Source: Singulisphaera sp. GP187 (GTDB lineage Bacteria; Planctomycetota; Planctomycetia; Gemmatales; Gemmataceae). Taken from it: a stretch of 64,000 nt of DNA. Below the pieces are notes generated by a model. It did not search any database, had not been told where the DNA came from, and saw only the letters and a list, made by a program, of their open reading frames with translations. The translations under genes were made by a program, and so were the position numbers. Positions 9,291 through 20,369 of this stretch are shown here, piece after piece (position 1 is the first letter of the stretch; every line of letters begins with the position of its first letter). The stretch lies in assembly GCA_945868575.1 (NCBI GenBank), contig CAMBMH010000003.1:331-64330 (forward strand), read 5' to 3'.

Positions 9291-9938
9291 TTGATCCAAG
9301 GCCCCGCCCAGCCTGACTCTCCCTCCCACCCCGTGCCAGTTGCTACCCACTCGGGCAACGGTTCGAGGCCCGAGAGCTTGCGATCCCTGACTTTTGGGTT
9401 TCGCTTTCCACCATCTGCGGGACTTGGCTTTTCCCAGGGACGGGGGTTGTCAATCGTCCTTGGGATCCTTGGGTTATTTGCAACCGTTTTCCTCTCCTAC
9501 CGGATTTTTTCCCGGCCCGGACCACTGCTCTGGTCCACCCAACCCGTTGTCCGCTTCGCGGCCGGAAAGCCCGCCGCTTTCCGAGTAAAAAGTGAGGCCC
9601 CATCGGGCACGAATAAAAAGGCAATTTCCTCGGGTTTTGGGGCCATGGGTCCTACTATTGGTGTGTCCGGACCATCTGAGTCGTCAGATTCCATTGGCAA
9701 AATCAATCCCAATACCGCTTCCCATGAAGAGCTTTGTGAACTTCCCGGGGTTGGCAAGGTGATCGCCAGCCGGATCATCGCCGCCCGGGCCGACAAGCCC
9801 TTTGGCCGGGCCGAGGATCTGAGGCGGGTACAGGGTATCGGGGCGAAAACTCTCGAACGGATTCGCCCCCAATTGCTTTTTGAAACGGACCAACCGCCCG
9901 AAAACCGACCTCAATCAAACGATGGCACCAATCCATGA
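9291..9938 (+). CDS. ComEA-like helix-hairpin-helix DNA-binding protein
   Basis: TM anchor ([18 protein letters not shown]) and C-terminal tandem Hh[27 protein letters not shown]...[15 protein letters not shown]. The stop overlaps the uvrB ATG (ATGA at 9935-9938). Confidence 0.7.
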   Translation: MIQGPAQPDSPSHPVPVATHSGNGSRPESLRSLTFGFRFPPSAGLGFSQGRGLSIVLGILGLFATVFLSYRIFSRPGPLLWSTQPVVRFAAGKPAAFRVKSEAPSGTNKKAISSGFGAMGPTIGVSGPSESSDSIGKINPNTASHEELCELPGVGKVIASRIIAARADKPFGRAEDLRRVQGIGAKTLERIRPQLLFETDQPPENRPQSNDGTNP

Positions 9939-11989
9939 CAGTGAAGTTTGAAATTGCAAGTGAGTTTGAACCAGCCGGGGACCAACCTCGGGCCATTGAA
10001 CAGCTCCTGCGAGGTTACGAGGAAGGAAAATCCGCTCAGGTCCTTTTGGGTGCCACGGGAACAGGCAAAACCTTCACCGCAAGCCAGATCATCGCCAAAT
10101 TGGGAAAGCCAACCCTGGTCCTGGCACACAACAAAACCCTTGCCGCCCAGCTTTACAAGGAGTTCAAAGCGTTCTTCCCCAAAAACGCGGTCAACTTCTT
10201 CATCAGCTATTACGACTATTACCAACCCGAAGCCTACATTCCCCAGCGCGACATCTACATCGAAAAAGACGCATGTATCAATGAGAATATTGATCGCCTT
10301 CGCCTTGCCGCAACCAGCGCACTGGTCAGTCGCGAGGATGTGATCATAGTCGCATCGGTTTCCTGTATCTATGGATTGGGTTCGCCTAGCGATTACAAAC
10401 GGATGATGATTTATCTTCCCAAGGGAGAGGCGATCAACCGTGATGAGCTTTTGTTCAAACTTGTCGACATTCAATACGAACGAAACGATATCGGCTTCGC
10501 CCGGGGAAAGTTCCGTGTCCGTGGCGATGTCGTCGAGGTTTGGCCCGCATACGAGGAATTTGCCCTACGGGTGGAGCTCTTTGGCGATGAAATCGATGCG
10601 ATTTCGGTAATTAATCCGCTCACAGGCACGGTCACCCAGTCGCTCGAAGAGCTTTACATTTACCCAGCCAAGCACTTTGTCACCCCTGAAGAACGGATCA
10701 AATCCGCGGTCGAAGGAATCCAGAAGGAACTCGAAGATCGCCTCCTCGAATTTCATAATCATGGAAAATTGGTCGAGGCTCAACGCCTTTCCGCACGCAC
10801 ACGATTTGATCTGGAAATGCTTCTTGAGACAGGGCATTGCCAGGGGATCGAAAACTATGCGCGCTGGTTTTCCGGTCGCGCTCCGGGCGAGCCGCCTTAC
10901 ACCCTCATCGACTTCTTCCCTGAAGACTTTTTGATGGTGGTGGACGAATCCCATGTTACGATGCCCCAATTGCGGGGAATGTACGCCGGCGACCATAGCC
11001 GCAAGCTGACTCTTGTGGAGCACGGCTTTCGCCTTCCCAGCGCGATGGACAATCGCCCCTACCGCTTTGATGAGTGGGAAAAACGGGCAAAACAGGTCCT
11101 GTTTCTCTCCGCAACTCCCGCCCCTTATGAACTGGAGCGTGTCGGGGGCGAGGTTGTCGAACAGGTCATCCGCCCAACCGGACTGGTCGACCCTGTCCTT
11201 CATGTTCGTCCGGCCAAGGGACAGGTAAACGATCTCATTACTGAGATAAGGATCCGTGTGGAACGCGGCGAGCGTGTCCTGTGCACCACCCTCACCAAAC
11301 GCCTCGCTGAGGATCTGACCAACTACATCACCGAATCGGGCCTGCGCTGCAAATGGCTCCACTCGGAACTCGATGCGATTGAACGGGTGCAGGTCTTGCG
11401 GGAATTGCGCGAAGGCGCGTTTGATGCGCTGGTAGGCGTCAACCTTTTGCGGGAAGGGCTCGACCTTCCCGAAGTTTCTCTTGTTGCAATTCTCGATGCC
11501 GACAAAGAGGGGTTCCTGCGAAGCACCACCTCGCTCATTCAGACGATCGGCCGGGCGGCCAGAAACGCGAACGCCGAGGTGATTCTCTATGCGGACAAGA
11601 TCACCGATTCGATGGCCCGCGCCATGGACGAAACCAAACGCCGCCGCGAAATCCAGCTTGCCTACAACGCTGAACATGGGATCACGCCGGTGACAGTAAA
11701 GGCGGCCATCCGGCACGGGATCGAGGACGAAATTGCTTCGCAAAAGCTGGTTCAGGAAGTGGCCGGACTGCCCCCCGATTCGAGGGAGGTACAGGAAACC
11801 TCCGAGGAACTTCATCAACAAATGCTCGAGGCGGCGGCCAACCTCGAATTCGAAAAAGCCGCATCACTGCGCGACCAGATTGCCAAACTTCAGGGGAAGG
11901 CCGTTGCATCTCCCCAGGTGAAAAAAGGGCGCCGGGGCAAAGGCGGCAACCGGGGATCCTCCCGGGGCCCAGGTAGGAATATGGTATAG
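9935..11989 (+). CDS. uvrB: Excinuclease ABC subunit B
   Basis: 684 aa. Walker [20 protein letters not shown], helicase motifs, C-terminal UVR domain [18 protein letters not shown]. Confidence 0.97.
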   Translation: MTVKFEIASEFEPAGDQPRAIEQLLRGYEEGKSAQVLLGATGTGKTFTASQIIAKLGKPTLVLAHNKTLAAQLYKEFKAFFPKNAVNFFISYYDYYQPEAYIPQRDIYIEKDACINENIDRLRLAATSALVSREDVIIVASVSCIYGLGSPSDYKRMMIYLPKGEAINRDELLFKLVDIQYERNDIGFARGKFRVRGDVVEVWPAYEEFALRVELFGDEIDAISVINPLTGTVTQSLEELYIYPAKHFVTPEERIKSAVEGIQKELEDRLLEFHNHGKLVEAQRLSARTRFDLEMLLETGHCQGIENYARWFSGRAPGEPPYTLIDFFPEDFLMVVDESHVTMPQLRGMYAGDHSRKLTLVEHGFRLPSAMDNRPYRFDEWEKRAKQVLFLSATPAPYELERVGGEVVEQVIRPTGLVDPVLHVRPAKGQVNDLITEIRIRVERGERVLCTTLTKRLAEDLTNYITESGLRCKWLHSELDAIERVQVLRELREGAFDALVGVNLLREGLDLPEVSLVAILDADKEGFLRSTTSLIQTIGRAARNANAEVILYADKITDSMARAMDETKRRREIQLAYNAEHGITPVTVKAAIRHGIEDEIASQKLVQEVAGLPPDSREVQETSEELHQQMLEAAANLEFEKAASLRDQIAKLQGKAVASPQVKKGRRGKGGNRGSSRGPGRNMV

Positions 11990-12262
11990 GCGTCCAGGAT
12001 GCGGAAACATTCCACGAACGAAATGCCAAAAAATGTAAATAAATTCTTTTTTATCTGAATTTGGCGCTATGTGATTCCATTGGTTGGTTTTTGTGGAAGC
12101 CCCGAAACCTGAATATTTCCAAAGCGTGATAAACCTACGGGGAATCCCCAATTGGTCCTGGACCCAGGAAGCGCCTGCTTTCAATGGTTTTTGGATTTCC
12201 CAACTTTCCCCTGTAAAACCCCAATAAGCATTTTCGGACTCTCACCACAAAGGCCATTTGCC

Positions 12263-13240
12263 ATGCAGCCCTTACTCGCGCCTCTTGTTCTGTTGGCCTT
12301 GGGCCAATCGTCCCTTTTTGAAATGGATAAGCCGACTCCTCTTGGTCCTCCAGGATCCGCTGGGGAAGGACCGACCTGGCACCCTGAACTGGGTATACTG
12401 ACCAGCGGCCACAAAGGGATTCATCAAATATCTCCCGATGGAAATGCCTCGGTGTTTCTGGAAGGAGCAGGAACCAATGGCCTCCTCTTTGGCCCGGGCG
12501 GCCAGCTTTACGCCTGTCAACCCTCCATGAAACGGGTAATCCGGATTGATCCCCAAACGAAAGCGATCACCGTGCTTGCCGACAATTTTGAAGGGAAAAA
12601 GTTCAATCAACCTAATGATCTGAGCTTTGACGATCAGGGGCGCCTCTATTTTTCTGATCCAAGATATGGCCCCAAAGATGGCATGGAACAACGCGACCCG
12701 GATGGAAAGACCATCGAAGGGGTTTATCGGATCGACCCGGATGGCAAAATTGTCCGTGTCATTGGCCGCGAGGTAGAAAGGGCCAATGGCGTCGCCGTCA
12801 GCCGGGATGGCAAATGGCTTTATGTCGCCGACAACAATAACGACACCCGGCGAGGCGCCCGCAAACTTTGGCGCTTTTCCCGCAATAATGATGGATCCAT
12901 CGACACAAAGTCCCAAGTCCTTCTCTACGACTGGAAGGAGGGGCGCGGTCCCGATGGCCTTAAAGAGGACAAGAATGGGATCCTTTATGTCGCCGGTGGA
13001 CTCAACAAAAACAACCCACCCTTCGAAAACGATTCCGCCCCGGGTGGGATTTATGTGATCGACCCCAACCGTCCCGCGGAACAACGCCTTGTCGCGCAAC
13101 TCCCCATCCCGACAGATGAGGTGACCAATTGCGCATTCGGTGGCGAAGACCGCATGACGCTTTATATCACCGGAGGCGGAGTGCTGTATTCGGTTCGCAC
13201 CAAAACACCGGGCGCGGTCCGCTTTGGCAAACCAAAGTAG
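12263..13240 (+). CDS. SMP-30/gluconolactonase/LRE-like beta-propeller protein (secreted)
   Basis: Signal peptide MQPLLAPLVLLALGQSS. Motifs NQPNDLSFDDQGRLYFSDP and ANGVAVSRDGKWLYVAD are typical of the family. Confidence 0.8.
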   Translation: MQPLLAPLVLLALGQSSLFEMDKPTPLGPPGSAGEGPTWHPELGILTSGHKGIHQISPDGNASVFLEGAGTNGLLFGPGGQLYACQPSMKRVIRIDPQTKAITVLADNFEGKKFNQPNDLSFDDQGRLYFSDPRYGPKDGMEQRDPDGKTIEGVYRIDPDGKIVRVIGREVERANGVAVSRDGKWLYVADNNNDTRRGARKLWRFSRNNDGSIDTKSQVLLYDWKEGRGPDGLKEDKNGILYVAGGLNKNNPPFENDSAPGGIYVIDPNRPAEQRLVAQLPIPTDEVTNCAFGGEDRMTLYITGGGVLYSVRTKTPGAVRFGKPK

Positions 13241-13255
13241 CGATAGGGATTGGCA

Positions 13256-14197
13256 TTATTTTGGCTTGGCCTGTGCATCCTGGAATCGTTTCCAGGCCAG
13301 GCCTGGAACCTCGACCCGAAATTGCACGAGTTGGGTGTTTTCCACCTCGGTCACATAGACGGTCTTGCCATCTGGTCCGCCAAAGCAGACATTGCTCGGC
13401 TTCTTTCCCGGAAGTTTGATCTCGCGAAGATCCTTCCCCTCGGGGGTCATGATGACCACCGTTCCTTTCCCATAACGGGAAATGTAAAGATTCCCCTCCG
13501 CATCACATCGCATTCCATCAAAACCATAATCGGGGAACTGCTTGATGAGCTGTTTTTTTCCAAGTGTTCCATCTTTTTGAATGGGAAATTTCCACACATT
13601 ACGCTGGGCCGATTCATTGACATAAAGCCATTTCCCATTCGGACTGACTTCAATGCCGTTGGCGGTTCCCAAACCCTCTGCCTGAAGCGTCACATTCCCC
13701 AGAATGTCGATTTTCCAAACCCTTCCTGTCGAGGCTTTCCAGTCCGGGTCGCTGGCGTAGAGCGTTCCATCAGGGGCGATGGCCAGATCATTGGGCTGGC
13801 TCATTTTTGGCTCATGGGCGAAAACTTCGAGCTCTTTGGTTTTCGGATCAACCCGCCAGATTTTATGCTCGACATAATCGGCGATATACATGATTCCCTC
13901 GGGGGTGAATACGATTCCGTTGCCTGTGCTTTTTCCCGGCAGGGTCAAAAAGGTTTCCCCTTTACCTTGGGGAGTCACTTTGCCGATTGTCTGTTCTTTT
14001 GCGAAATTGACAGCGAAAATATTCCCCTTCGCATCACAATTGGGCCCCTCAATCCCAAGGGTAAATTCCCCGGGTTTTGTCAGGGCCCTGGCCTCAAATG
14101 GCTTTTCGGAGAGGATCTCCTGGGCGAATAGGGAGGAGACATTTCCCGCCAAAAAAACAACCAGCCCCAAACGGAACAGGCTACGCAAATGGTTCAT
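13256..14197 (-). CDS. SMP-30/gluconolactonase/LRE-like beta-propeller protein (secreted)
   Basis: Signal peptide, SQPNDLAIAPDGTLYASDP, ANGIEVSPNGKWLYVNE. Convergent with the previous gene (15-nt gap). Confidence 0.8.
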   Translation of the reverse strand: MNHLRSLFRLGLVVFLAGNVSSLFAQEILSEKPFEARALTKPGEFTLGIEGPNCDAKGNIFAVNFAKEQTIGKVTPQGKGETFLTLPGKSTGNGIVFTPEGIMYIADYVEHKIWRVDPKTKELEVFAHEPKMSQPNDLAIAPDGTLYASDPDWKASTGRVWKIDILGNVTLQAEGLGTANGIEVSPNGKWLYVNESAQRNVWKFPIQKDGTLGKKQLIKQFPDYGFDGMRCDAEGNLYISRYGKGTVVIMTPEGKDLREIKLPGKKPSNVCFGGPDGKTVYVTEVENTQLVQFRVEVPGLAWKRFQDAQAKPK

Positions 14198-14249
14198 TCA
14201 ATTTCTCCGTTTTAAAAAATGGTTCAGTGATCCAAAAAATTCGGACAAA

Positions 14250-15659
14250 TCAGGGCTGAAACTGAAGCGAATACAAATCCGCTTCCTGAAGGACAAATCG
14301 CAGTCGAACGCTCTTGCCGGAAAGCGATCCCGGATCAGACCCCTTAATCCAGGAGACCTTCTGATCAATCGAATCGCCCACAAGTGGCTTGCAGTCCGAC
14401 AAGGCAAACCCCGGAATTGGATTTCCCTCAGGATCCTGGATCTCAAGGCGAAGCGATCCTCCGGCGCTTGTGGAATAGTTCAGGCTCAACTTCTTTCCGT
14501 TGAAACGAATCGGATGAGTGGTCATTTCCCCATGGTCCGCGCCCGCATGAACCGATGCGAAACCGTCCGTTCTCAGGGTGAATCGGCGAAAAGGCGTCGT
14601 ATAGATGGACATTTCCCCTGGACCGGTCGGCACAATGTTGAGCGCGGCGTAATTGGACCGGTTACCCCAACGCTCCGGATCCAGCCCCGGACGCAAAAAT
14701 GCTTCGCGAAATGTCCGGTCGAATGGGGACTTCCCCCTTGCAGTCATGAAAAGAATATCGGTGCTCTGTCCCCGATCCTCATGAAAGCGGGTTGGTGTGG
14801 CAATGTAGAAATGGGGTGCCCGGTAATAGGGATGTGTCAGGGTGGTATAAATGTGCTCGCCGGGAAAATTCGGTTTCATCAACACCGGTTCCGTCCAATG
14901 GACATAATCCCTGGAAGTCGTGCGACAAACCGAACGGAGTTTTTTGTCGAGGAAATGACGAAAGTAACAGACATAGCAACCTTCCTCTTCGGACCAGAAC
15001 GAAACATTCTGTGAATCGAAGGCGTATTCCCTTGTGTAACGAATCACTGGTTCGTTTTGGAACTTTTTCCAATGAATTCCATCCGCGGAAACAAATGCAA
15101 AAAGCTGGGATTTGACGGTCCCCGCAAGGGCTTTGAATCGTTCGTTTGGGGAAACTCCTGGTCGATTGTCCAAAAAAGGAGAAAAATTATGGCAAAACGG
15201 TGCTTCATGCAGGATGACATTGTTGTCGCGTGAGCCATCAATTTCGAAAAGCCCGAGATTGGGCCTGTTCCAGTGGATTCCGTCAAGGCTTTCGCAGTAG
15301 CGCGTAACCTCGGTTGTATCTCCATCAAATTTCGACCCTCGGGCTTCGCGCGTGTAGAGGCGATAAATCGGGCCATCCTTGATGATAGTTCCATATTCAA
15401 GATTGTTGGCGGGCTTTTCCATCGGCGAGGTGGGAATCGGCTCGTGCAGTTTGAGCGCCGTGCCGATCATTTGCGCGATAAGATAACGGTCGGCAAAAAG
15501 TTCCCGGCGCGAGCCGATTTCGATCGAGTTTTCGTCAATTTCCTGTTTGTGGGCCGGAGCCCGCGATAGTTCAGCCTCCTGTCCAGACGAAGTCCCAGTC
15601 GCAAGAAACACAAACAACAAGAGCCCCAAAAAGCCTTGAGCCCGGACTCCAAATTGCAT
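14250..15659 (-). CDS. Secreted glycoside-hydrolase-like beta-propeller protein with C-terminal beta-sandwich
   Basis: Start MQFGVRAQGFLGLLLFVFLATG at 15659 (the upstream ORF extension is rejected). Repeated S-x-D-G-I-H-W motifs (ESLDGIHW, VSADGIHW) as seen in GH32/43-type propellers. The exact family was not determined. Confidence 0.6.
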   Translation of the reverse strand: MQFGVRAQGFLGLLLFVFLATGTSSGQEAELSRAPAHKQEIDENSIEIGSRRELFADRYLIAQMIGTALKLHEPIPTSPMEKPANNLEYGTIIKDGPIYRLYTREARGSKFDGDTTEVTRYCESLDGIHWNRPNLGLFEIDGSRDNNVILHEAPFCHNFSPFLDNRPGVSPNERFKALAGTVKSQLFAFVSADGIHWKKFQNEPVIRYTREYAFDSQNVSFWSEEEGCYVCYFRHFLDKKLRSVCRTTSRDYVHWTEPVLMKPNFPGEHIYTTLTHPYYRAPHFYIATPTRFHEDRGQSTDILFMTARGKSPFDRTFREAFLRPGLDPERWGNRSNYAALNIVPTGPGEMSIYTTPFRRFTLRTDGFASVHAGADHGEMTTHPIRFNGKKLSLNYSTSAGGSLRLEIQDPEGNPIPGFALSDCKPLVGDSIDQKVSWIKGSDPGSLSGKSVRLRFVLQEADLYSLQFQP

Positions 15660-15670
15660 CCCTATACCTC

Positions 15671-17143
15671 TTAGGTCAAAATGGGTTTGATCACATTTCC
15701 CGCAACATCGGTCAGGCGGAATTGCCTGCCGTTGTAGCGGAATGTCAGCTTGGTGTGGTCGAGGCCCAGAGTGTGAAGAATGGTTGCGTGAAGGTCGTTG
15801 ACCGAGGCTTTGTTGACCGCTGCCTTGTGTCCGATTTCGTCGGTTTCGCCGTAATGGGTACCCCCTTTGGTGCCACCACCCGCAAACCATGTCGTGAAGG
15901 CATGGGGGTTATGGTCCCTTCCGGTTTGGCTGCTATCCTTGGGACGCTGGGCCACGGGGAGTCGCCCGAATTCACCACCCCAAATCACCAAAGTCGAATC
16001 GAGCAAACCACGACTTTTCAGATCGTTTAAAAGCGCGGCTGCGGGCTGGTCGGTTTCCCCAGCAAACTGGCGATGATTATCCGCAATGTTTGAGTGGCCA
16101 TCCCAACTTCGTTCGTTTTCCATCCCCCCAGAAAAGATTTGCACATAGCGCACGCCCCGCTCGACAAGTCTCCGGGCAAGGAGGCACTGTTTGGCGAAGT
16201 GGCCACAGCGGGGACTATCGATTCCATATTGCTCTTTTACCGCTTTGGATTCCCGGGTCACATCAAACGCCTCGGGGGCAGCCATCTGCATACGATAGGC
16301 CAATTCATAGCTCTGAATGCGCGCGGCAAATTCGGGCTCGTCCGGGTTGCGCTCGAGATGCCCCTGGTTGAGTTTGCGCAAAAGGTCGAGCTGACGGGTT
16401 TGCGCCGATGGACTGACTCCTGCAGGCGGAACAAGATTGTCGATCGGCTGTCCCTTGGGGTTGAGCGCGGTTCCCTGGAAAATTCCCGGAAGAAAACCAG
16501 CGCTCCAGTTGGCGGCATGACCCTTGGGCAAGCCGCGTCCAAGAGTGTCGTACATGACCACAAACGAGGGGAGATTTCGCGCCTCGCTCCCTAACCCATA
16601 AGTCACCCACGAGCCTACGCATGGATAACCCATGCGACTGAAGCCGGTGTTCATCTGGAAAAGGGCGGGAGAGTGATTATTGGTTTCCGTATGGCACGAA
16701 TGCACAAAAGCCATGTCATCGACATGCCTTGAAAGGTTGGGGAAAATTTCAGGAACCCATGTCCCCGATTTTCCATGTTGGGCCCATTTGAAGGGGGACT
16801 TCATCAACGGACCAACCTGATCGGTAAAGAAACCGGTGTCGTTGTCAAAATTCTCAAGCTTGACGCCGTCCTTTTTTTGAAGAACGGGCTTGTAATCCCA
16901 TGTATCGACCTGGCTTGGTCCACCATTCATGAATAGCCAAATCACGGCCGTGGCTTTGCCGGGAAAGTGCCCCTTGTGAGGCGCAAGGGGATCAATGCTC
17001 GCGGTATTTCCCGACCCCGGACCGCCAAGATCCGCACCCCGGAGCAGATCTCCAAGGGCAAGCGTGCCAAGACCACCCGCGCGCGCCAAAAAGGATCGGC
17101 GATCACCTAAAGGCTGCAAAATATGATGAGGAATCGAATTCAT
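15671..17143 (-). CDS. DUF1501 family protein (Tat-exported, sulfatase/alkaline-phosphatase-like fold)
   Basis: Twin-arginine signal DRRSFLARAGGLG; GRDHNPHAFTTWFAGGGTKGG motif. Lies 12 nt downstream of the DUF1553 gene. Confidence 0.9.
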   Translation of the reverse strand: MNSIPHHILQPLGDRRSFLARAGGLGTLALGDLLRGADLGGPGSGNTASIDPLAPHKGHFPGKATAVIWLFMNGGPSQVDTWDYKPVLQKKDGVKLENFDNDTGFFTDQVGPLMKSPFKWAQHGKSGTWVPEIFPNLSRHVDDMAFVHSCHTETNNHSPALFQMNTGFSRMGYPCVGSWVTYGLGSEARNLPSFVVMYDTLGRGLPKGHAANWSAGFLPGIFQGTALNPKGQPIDNLVPPAGVSPSAQTRQLDLLRKLNQGHLERNPDEPEFAARIQSYELAYRMQMAAPEAFDVTRESKAVKEQYGIDSPRCGHFAKQCLLARRLVERGVRYVQIFSGGMENERSWDGHSNIADNHRQFAGETDQPAAALLNDLKSRGLLDSTLVIWGGEFGRLPVAQRPKDSSQTGRDHNPHAFTTWFAGGGTKGGTHYGETDEIGHKAAVNKASVNDLHATILHTLGLDHTKLTFRYNGRQFRLTDVAGNVIKPILT

Positions 17144-17155
17144 GGCTTTTGTCCC

Positions 17156-20100
17156 TTAGGGGAGGTAAAGGAATTCATTGAGCTGAAGCAGCGCATGGAC
17201 CAAGTCGACCCTGGCGACCATTCCAGGGTCCCGGATACCTTCCTCGGACGCCAGGGCTTTCTCTTGTTTCGCGAGAAATTCGGTTGACGCGGCGCGTTCC
17301 GAAGCCAGCGGCTCCCGGCCGAGCAACCTCAAATAGGCGGCATCAACATACGATTTGGGATCCGGGGTTGATCCCCCAAGAACCTTGGCAAGATCGGTTG
17401 CGCATTCCCGGGCCAAACGACCATTGAGAAGATAAAGCGCTTGGGGAGCGACCGTTGTTGTGGGACGAGCTTCCGCAATCTGAAGGGTATCCGGAGCATC
17501 AAAGACCATCAGGTCCGCGGGTAGCGCGCTCCGCTTCAGGAAAAAATAAACCGAACGGCGCCGATGGTTTGGATCCATCGTTCCCGGTCCGAACGGTGTC
17601 GGGTCAAGCCTTCCAGAAACCGCAAGCATCGAATCGCGAACAATCTCGGCTTCAAGCCTTCGTGGGGTGAACCTCCAATAAAGGCGGTTCGTCGGATCGG
17701 CCTTGAGCCTTTCGGAATCCGTTGTCGAGGTTTGCTGATAGGTCGCGGAGGTCACAATCAGGGTGTGGATGTGCTGGAGGCTCCAACCCGAACGGACAAG
17801 CTCTCCGGCCAGCCATTCGAGCAATTCCGGATGGGTGGGGCGGTCCCCCTGTATACCAAAGTCGTTGATCGTGGCGGTAAGGCCCCGACCAAAATGGTGA
17901 TGCCAAAGTCGATTGACAATCACGCGGGCCAACAGTCCACCGGCACCATCTTTTTCATCCGTAATCCAGCGGGCAAGGTTGGCGCGAAGACCCGGTGTTC
18001 GGGCCCCCTCTGGCATCGGCTTGATCCAGGAGGAGGAATCTTTCCCGTCCTTGCTTAATACCTGAAGGAATCCCTGACTGGCGACTTCCCCTTTTTGGTT
18101 GGGATCTCCCCGCTTGAGGAAGTGGGTCTGTTCGAGATAGTCCCCACCCTGGGTATGCAGGCGGATCGCCGGCAGCCCCTCGGAACAGACAAGGGCCTTG
18201 ACCGTTTTCGCGGCGGGTTTGGCTTTGTCGAGATCGGCGATCTTTGCAACGATCATTTCCCGCTCGGGATTCTTTGCCAAAAGCCAAGCCAACAGCGCGG
18301 CCTTCGTGCTCGCATCGATCGGTTTTCCCTGAAGGAATTCCTTCGCTCCGGCTGGAAGTCCGGCATCCTTCAAGTCCAATGGCGAAACCTGATCGGACAC
18401 ACCCAATCGGAAGTTGCCGATCGTGTGGCTGGTGTTGGTGCGAAATTCGAGGAGAATCTCAAGAATGGTCCCGCCCGCATATTCCGGAGCGTTTTCCACT
18501 TCGAACGCCCCAACATGGTCTTTGCCAAATTCAGGGTCGACGGCCCAACCCGTTTTGGCATCCGCGTCAATCGCTGCCGACAGTGGAAGCCCGTTTTGCT
18601 GGAAGGTCGCACGCGGCTTGGCCAGTTTGAGCACCACCGGACGATACCGGACATTGGGCAAAGGCTTGGCCGGTTTCGCCGTCACCTGAATATTCGACAA
18701 CGCGAAATTCCCATTGCCCGCCCTGCCGGGCCCGCCATTGACAAGGCTTTTGTCGGCGAAAACCTCAACACGGAACTGTCTCACTTTTTCGATGGGGGTG
18801 ATCGCCTCGATTGCATAGGCGTCTTCTCCCGGATTGGCTCCGGTCGATTGGATTTTTCCATCGGCTTTGATCAACAAGGTCGCGCCATTTTGCGAAGTTG
18901 CCTTGGTGGGGATCAGATTGGACCACCCGGTCTTTGCCTGGGCGGTGTTGGCTTGGGAGTTTTTCCACTTCTCCAGGATCCCCGAACCGCGCTCCCCATC
19001 AAACCGCGCGAGAACATCCGAGGCTTCCTTTCTCGATTTCTCCCAGGCGGCGATGCGCTGCGGAAGGTCGGGATCGGGAAGGGGAAGATCCTGATCGCTT
19101 CGAACCGTCTTGGTAAAAGTAGAAATAAGACGATAATAGTCCGTCATCGGAATCGGATCGTATTTGCTGTCATGGCAACGACAGCAGTTGATGCTCAGGC
19201 CAAGCATCCCGCCGCCTATGGTACGCACAATATCATCCAGCTCGTCGTATCGTTCTTTTTCGACCTGGCTTTTGGTGATCTGCGTGGCATGGACCCCCGC
19301 GCCCAAAAAACCGGTGGCCAAAAATGCGTCGGTGTTGCCCGGGGACAATTCATCCCCGGCGATCTGCCATGCGACAAACTTGTTATAAGGGAGATCGCTT
19401 TGGATCGCTTTGGTCACCCAATCCCTATACGGCCAAGCATGGTGGCGGTCATAGTCCTGTTCGTAGCCATGACTTTCCGCAAAGCGGGCAATATCCAGCC
19501 AATGTCTTCCCCAACGCTCGCCGTGGGCAACCGACTTGAGAAGGCCTCTAACATAATTTTGGAGATAATGGGGGCTGGAATCGCGCCTGATCTGCTGAAG
19601 CGTTTCGGGGGTGGGGGGAATCCCCGTCAGGTCCAGTGTTATCCTTCGGACAAGCACCTCAAGCGATGCCCGGGGATTGGGGCGGATCTTTGCCGCCTGG
19701 AGTCTTTGCAGGATGAAGGCGTCGATCGGATTTTGAATCCATTCGTCCCTGATTGCGGGAACCGGGGTTTCGCGAGGTGCCCCAAATGACCAGAACTCCC
19801 GATCCTTGGGCGTAACGACCAGATTCTTCGGTTTGGGTGCTTTGTTGGAAAGGGGCCTGGAATAGGCGGCCCCCAAATCAATCCAACGAGTCAAAAGCTC
19901 AATCATTTCGGCGGGGAGTTTTTTCTCCTTGCCGGGCATGTAAGGCTCTTCCGTATGTTGCACCAATCGAAGGAGGCGACTTTCCTTAATGGAAAAAGGG
20001 ACCACCGCAATGCCTTGATCACCGCCCGCCAAAAGTGTATCCCGCGTGGAGAGATCAAAACCGGAACGGGTTTTCTCACCGCCGTGGCACTGGAAACATT

Positions 20101-20239
20101 GCTCCTTGAGGATCGTCGCCACTTTGCTTTCGAAAAGCTGTGACGATTCCGTCAATCGCCTGGCATGGTCAGGCGGCAAAGGTGGCGAAACTGGGCCCTT
20201 AGCGGGCCAACCCAAGGTAAACAGGAGAATCCAATTCAT
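17156..20239 (-). CDS. PSCyt1/DUF1549(PSCyt2)/DUF1553(PSD1) protein
   Basis: Start MNWILLFTLGW at 20239. Heme-binding-like CFQCHG. NPIDAFILQRL (DUF1549) and VIVNRLWHHHFGRGL (DUF1553) motifs. Confidence 0.9.
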   Translation of the reverse strand: MNWILLFTLGWPAKGPVSPPLPPDHARRLTESSQLFESKVATILKEQCFQCHGGEKTRSGFDLSTRDTLLAGGDQGIAVVPFSIKESRLLRLVQHTEEPYMPGKEKKLPAEMIELLTRWIDLGAAYSRPLSNKAPKPKNLVVTPKDREFWSFGAPRETPVPAIRDEWIQNPIDAFILQRLQAAKIRPNPRASLEVLVRRITLDLTGIPPTPETLQQIRRDSSPHYLQNYVRGLLKSVAHGERWGRHWLDIARFAESHGYEQDYDRHHAWPYRDWVTKAIQSDLPYNKFVAWQIAGDELSPGNTDAFLATGFLGAGVHATQITKSQVEKERYDELDDIVRTIGGGMLGLSINCCRCHDSKYDPIPMTDYYRLISTFTKTVRSDQDLPLPDPDLPQRIAAWEKSRKEASDVLARFDGERGSGILEKWKNSQANTAQAKTGWSNLIPTKATSQNGATLLIKADGKIQSTGANPGEDAYAIEAITPIEKVRQFRVEVFADKSLVNGGPGRAGNGNFALSNIQVTAKPAKPLPNVRYRPVVLKLAKPRATFQQNGLPLSAAIDADAKTGWAVDPEFGKDHVGAFEVENAPEYAGGTILEILLEFRTNTSHTIGNFRLGVSDQVSPLDLKDAGLPAGAKEFLQGKPIDASTKAALLAWLLAKNPEREMIVAKIADLDKAKPAAKTVKALVCSEGLPAIRLHTQGGDYLEQTHFLKRGDPNQKGEVASQGFLQVLSKDGKDSSSWIKPMPEGARTPGLRANLARWITDEKDGAGGLLARVIVNRLWHHHFGRGLTATINDFGIQGDRPTHPELLEWLAGELVRSGWSLQHIHTLIVTSATYQQTSTTDSERLKADPTNRLYWRFTPRRLEAEIVRDSMLAVSGRLDPTPFGPGTMDPNHRRRSVYFFLKRSALPADLMVFDAPDTLQIAEARPTTTVAPQALYLLNGRLARECATDLAKVLGGSTPDPKSYVDAAYLRLLGREPLASERAASTEFLAKQEKALASEEGIRDPGMVARVDLVHALLQLNEFLYLP

Positions 20240-20369
20240 GGAAAGGCGTCCCGGGAGGTACGGGGCTACACGGCAGGTATAATTATTGTAGTACCCATAA
20301 GTCGCAAGTTGAAACACCTGTTCCCCCAAAAGGAACACCAAAGTTTGTATAAAGAGGCGGCCCTTGGGA

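Noticed and set aside
10565-11821. 418-aa ORF antisense to uvrB.
   Set aside because: It is in the codon-aligned antisense frame, which stays open simply because the sense gene avoids TTA/CTA/TCA codons. The product is not protein-like, and uvrB is unambiguous.
13250-15014. ORFs 13250..14131 (293 aa) and 13890..15014 (374 aa) on the plus strand.
   Set aside because: They are antisense to the lactonase-like and GH-like genes, which have clear family motifs and signal peptides. The plus-strand products lack any.
18095-19789. 564-aa ORF antisense to the first DUF1553 gene. A 621-aa ORF at 59157..61022 is likewise antisense to the second copy.
   Set aside because: Both are in the codon-aligned antisense frame of strongly supported genes. 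Their length is explained by avoidance of TTA/CTA/TCA in the sense strand. The sequences are Gly/Arg/Pro-rich with no motifs. The coincidence in both paralogues caught my eye, but the same cause explains both.
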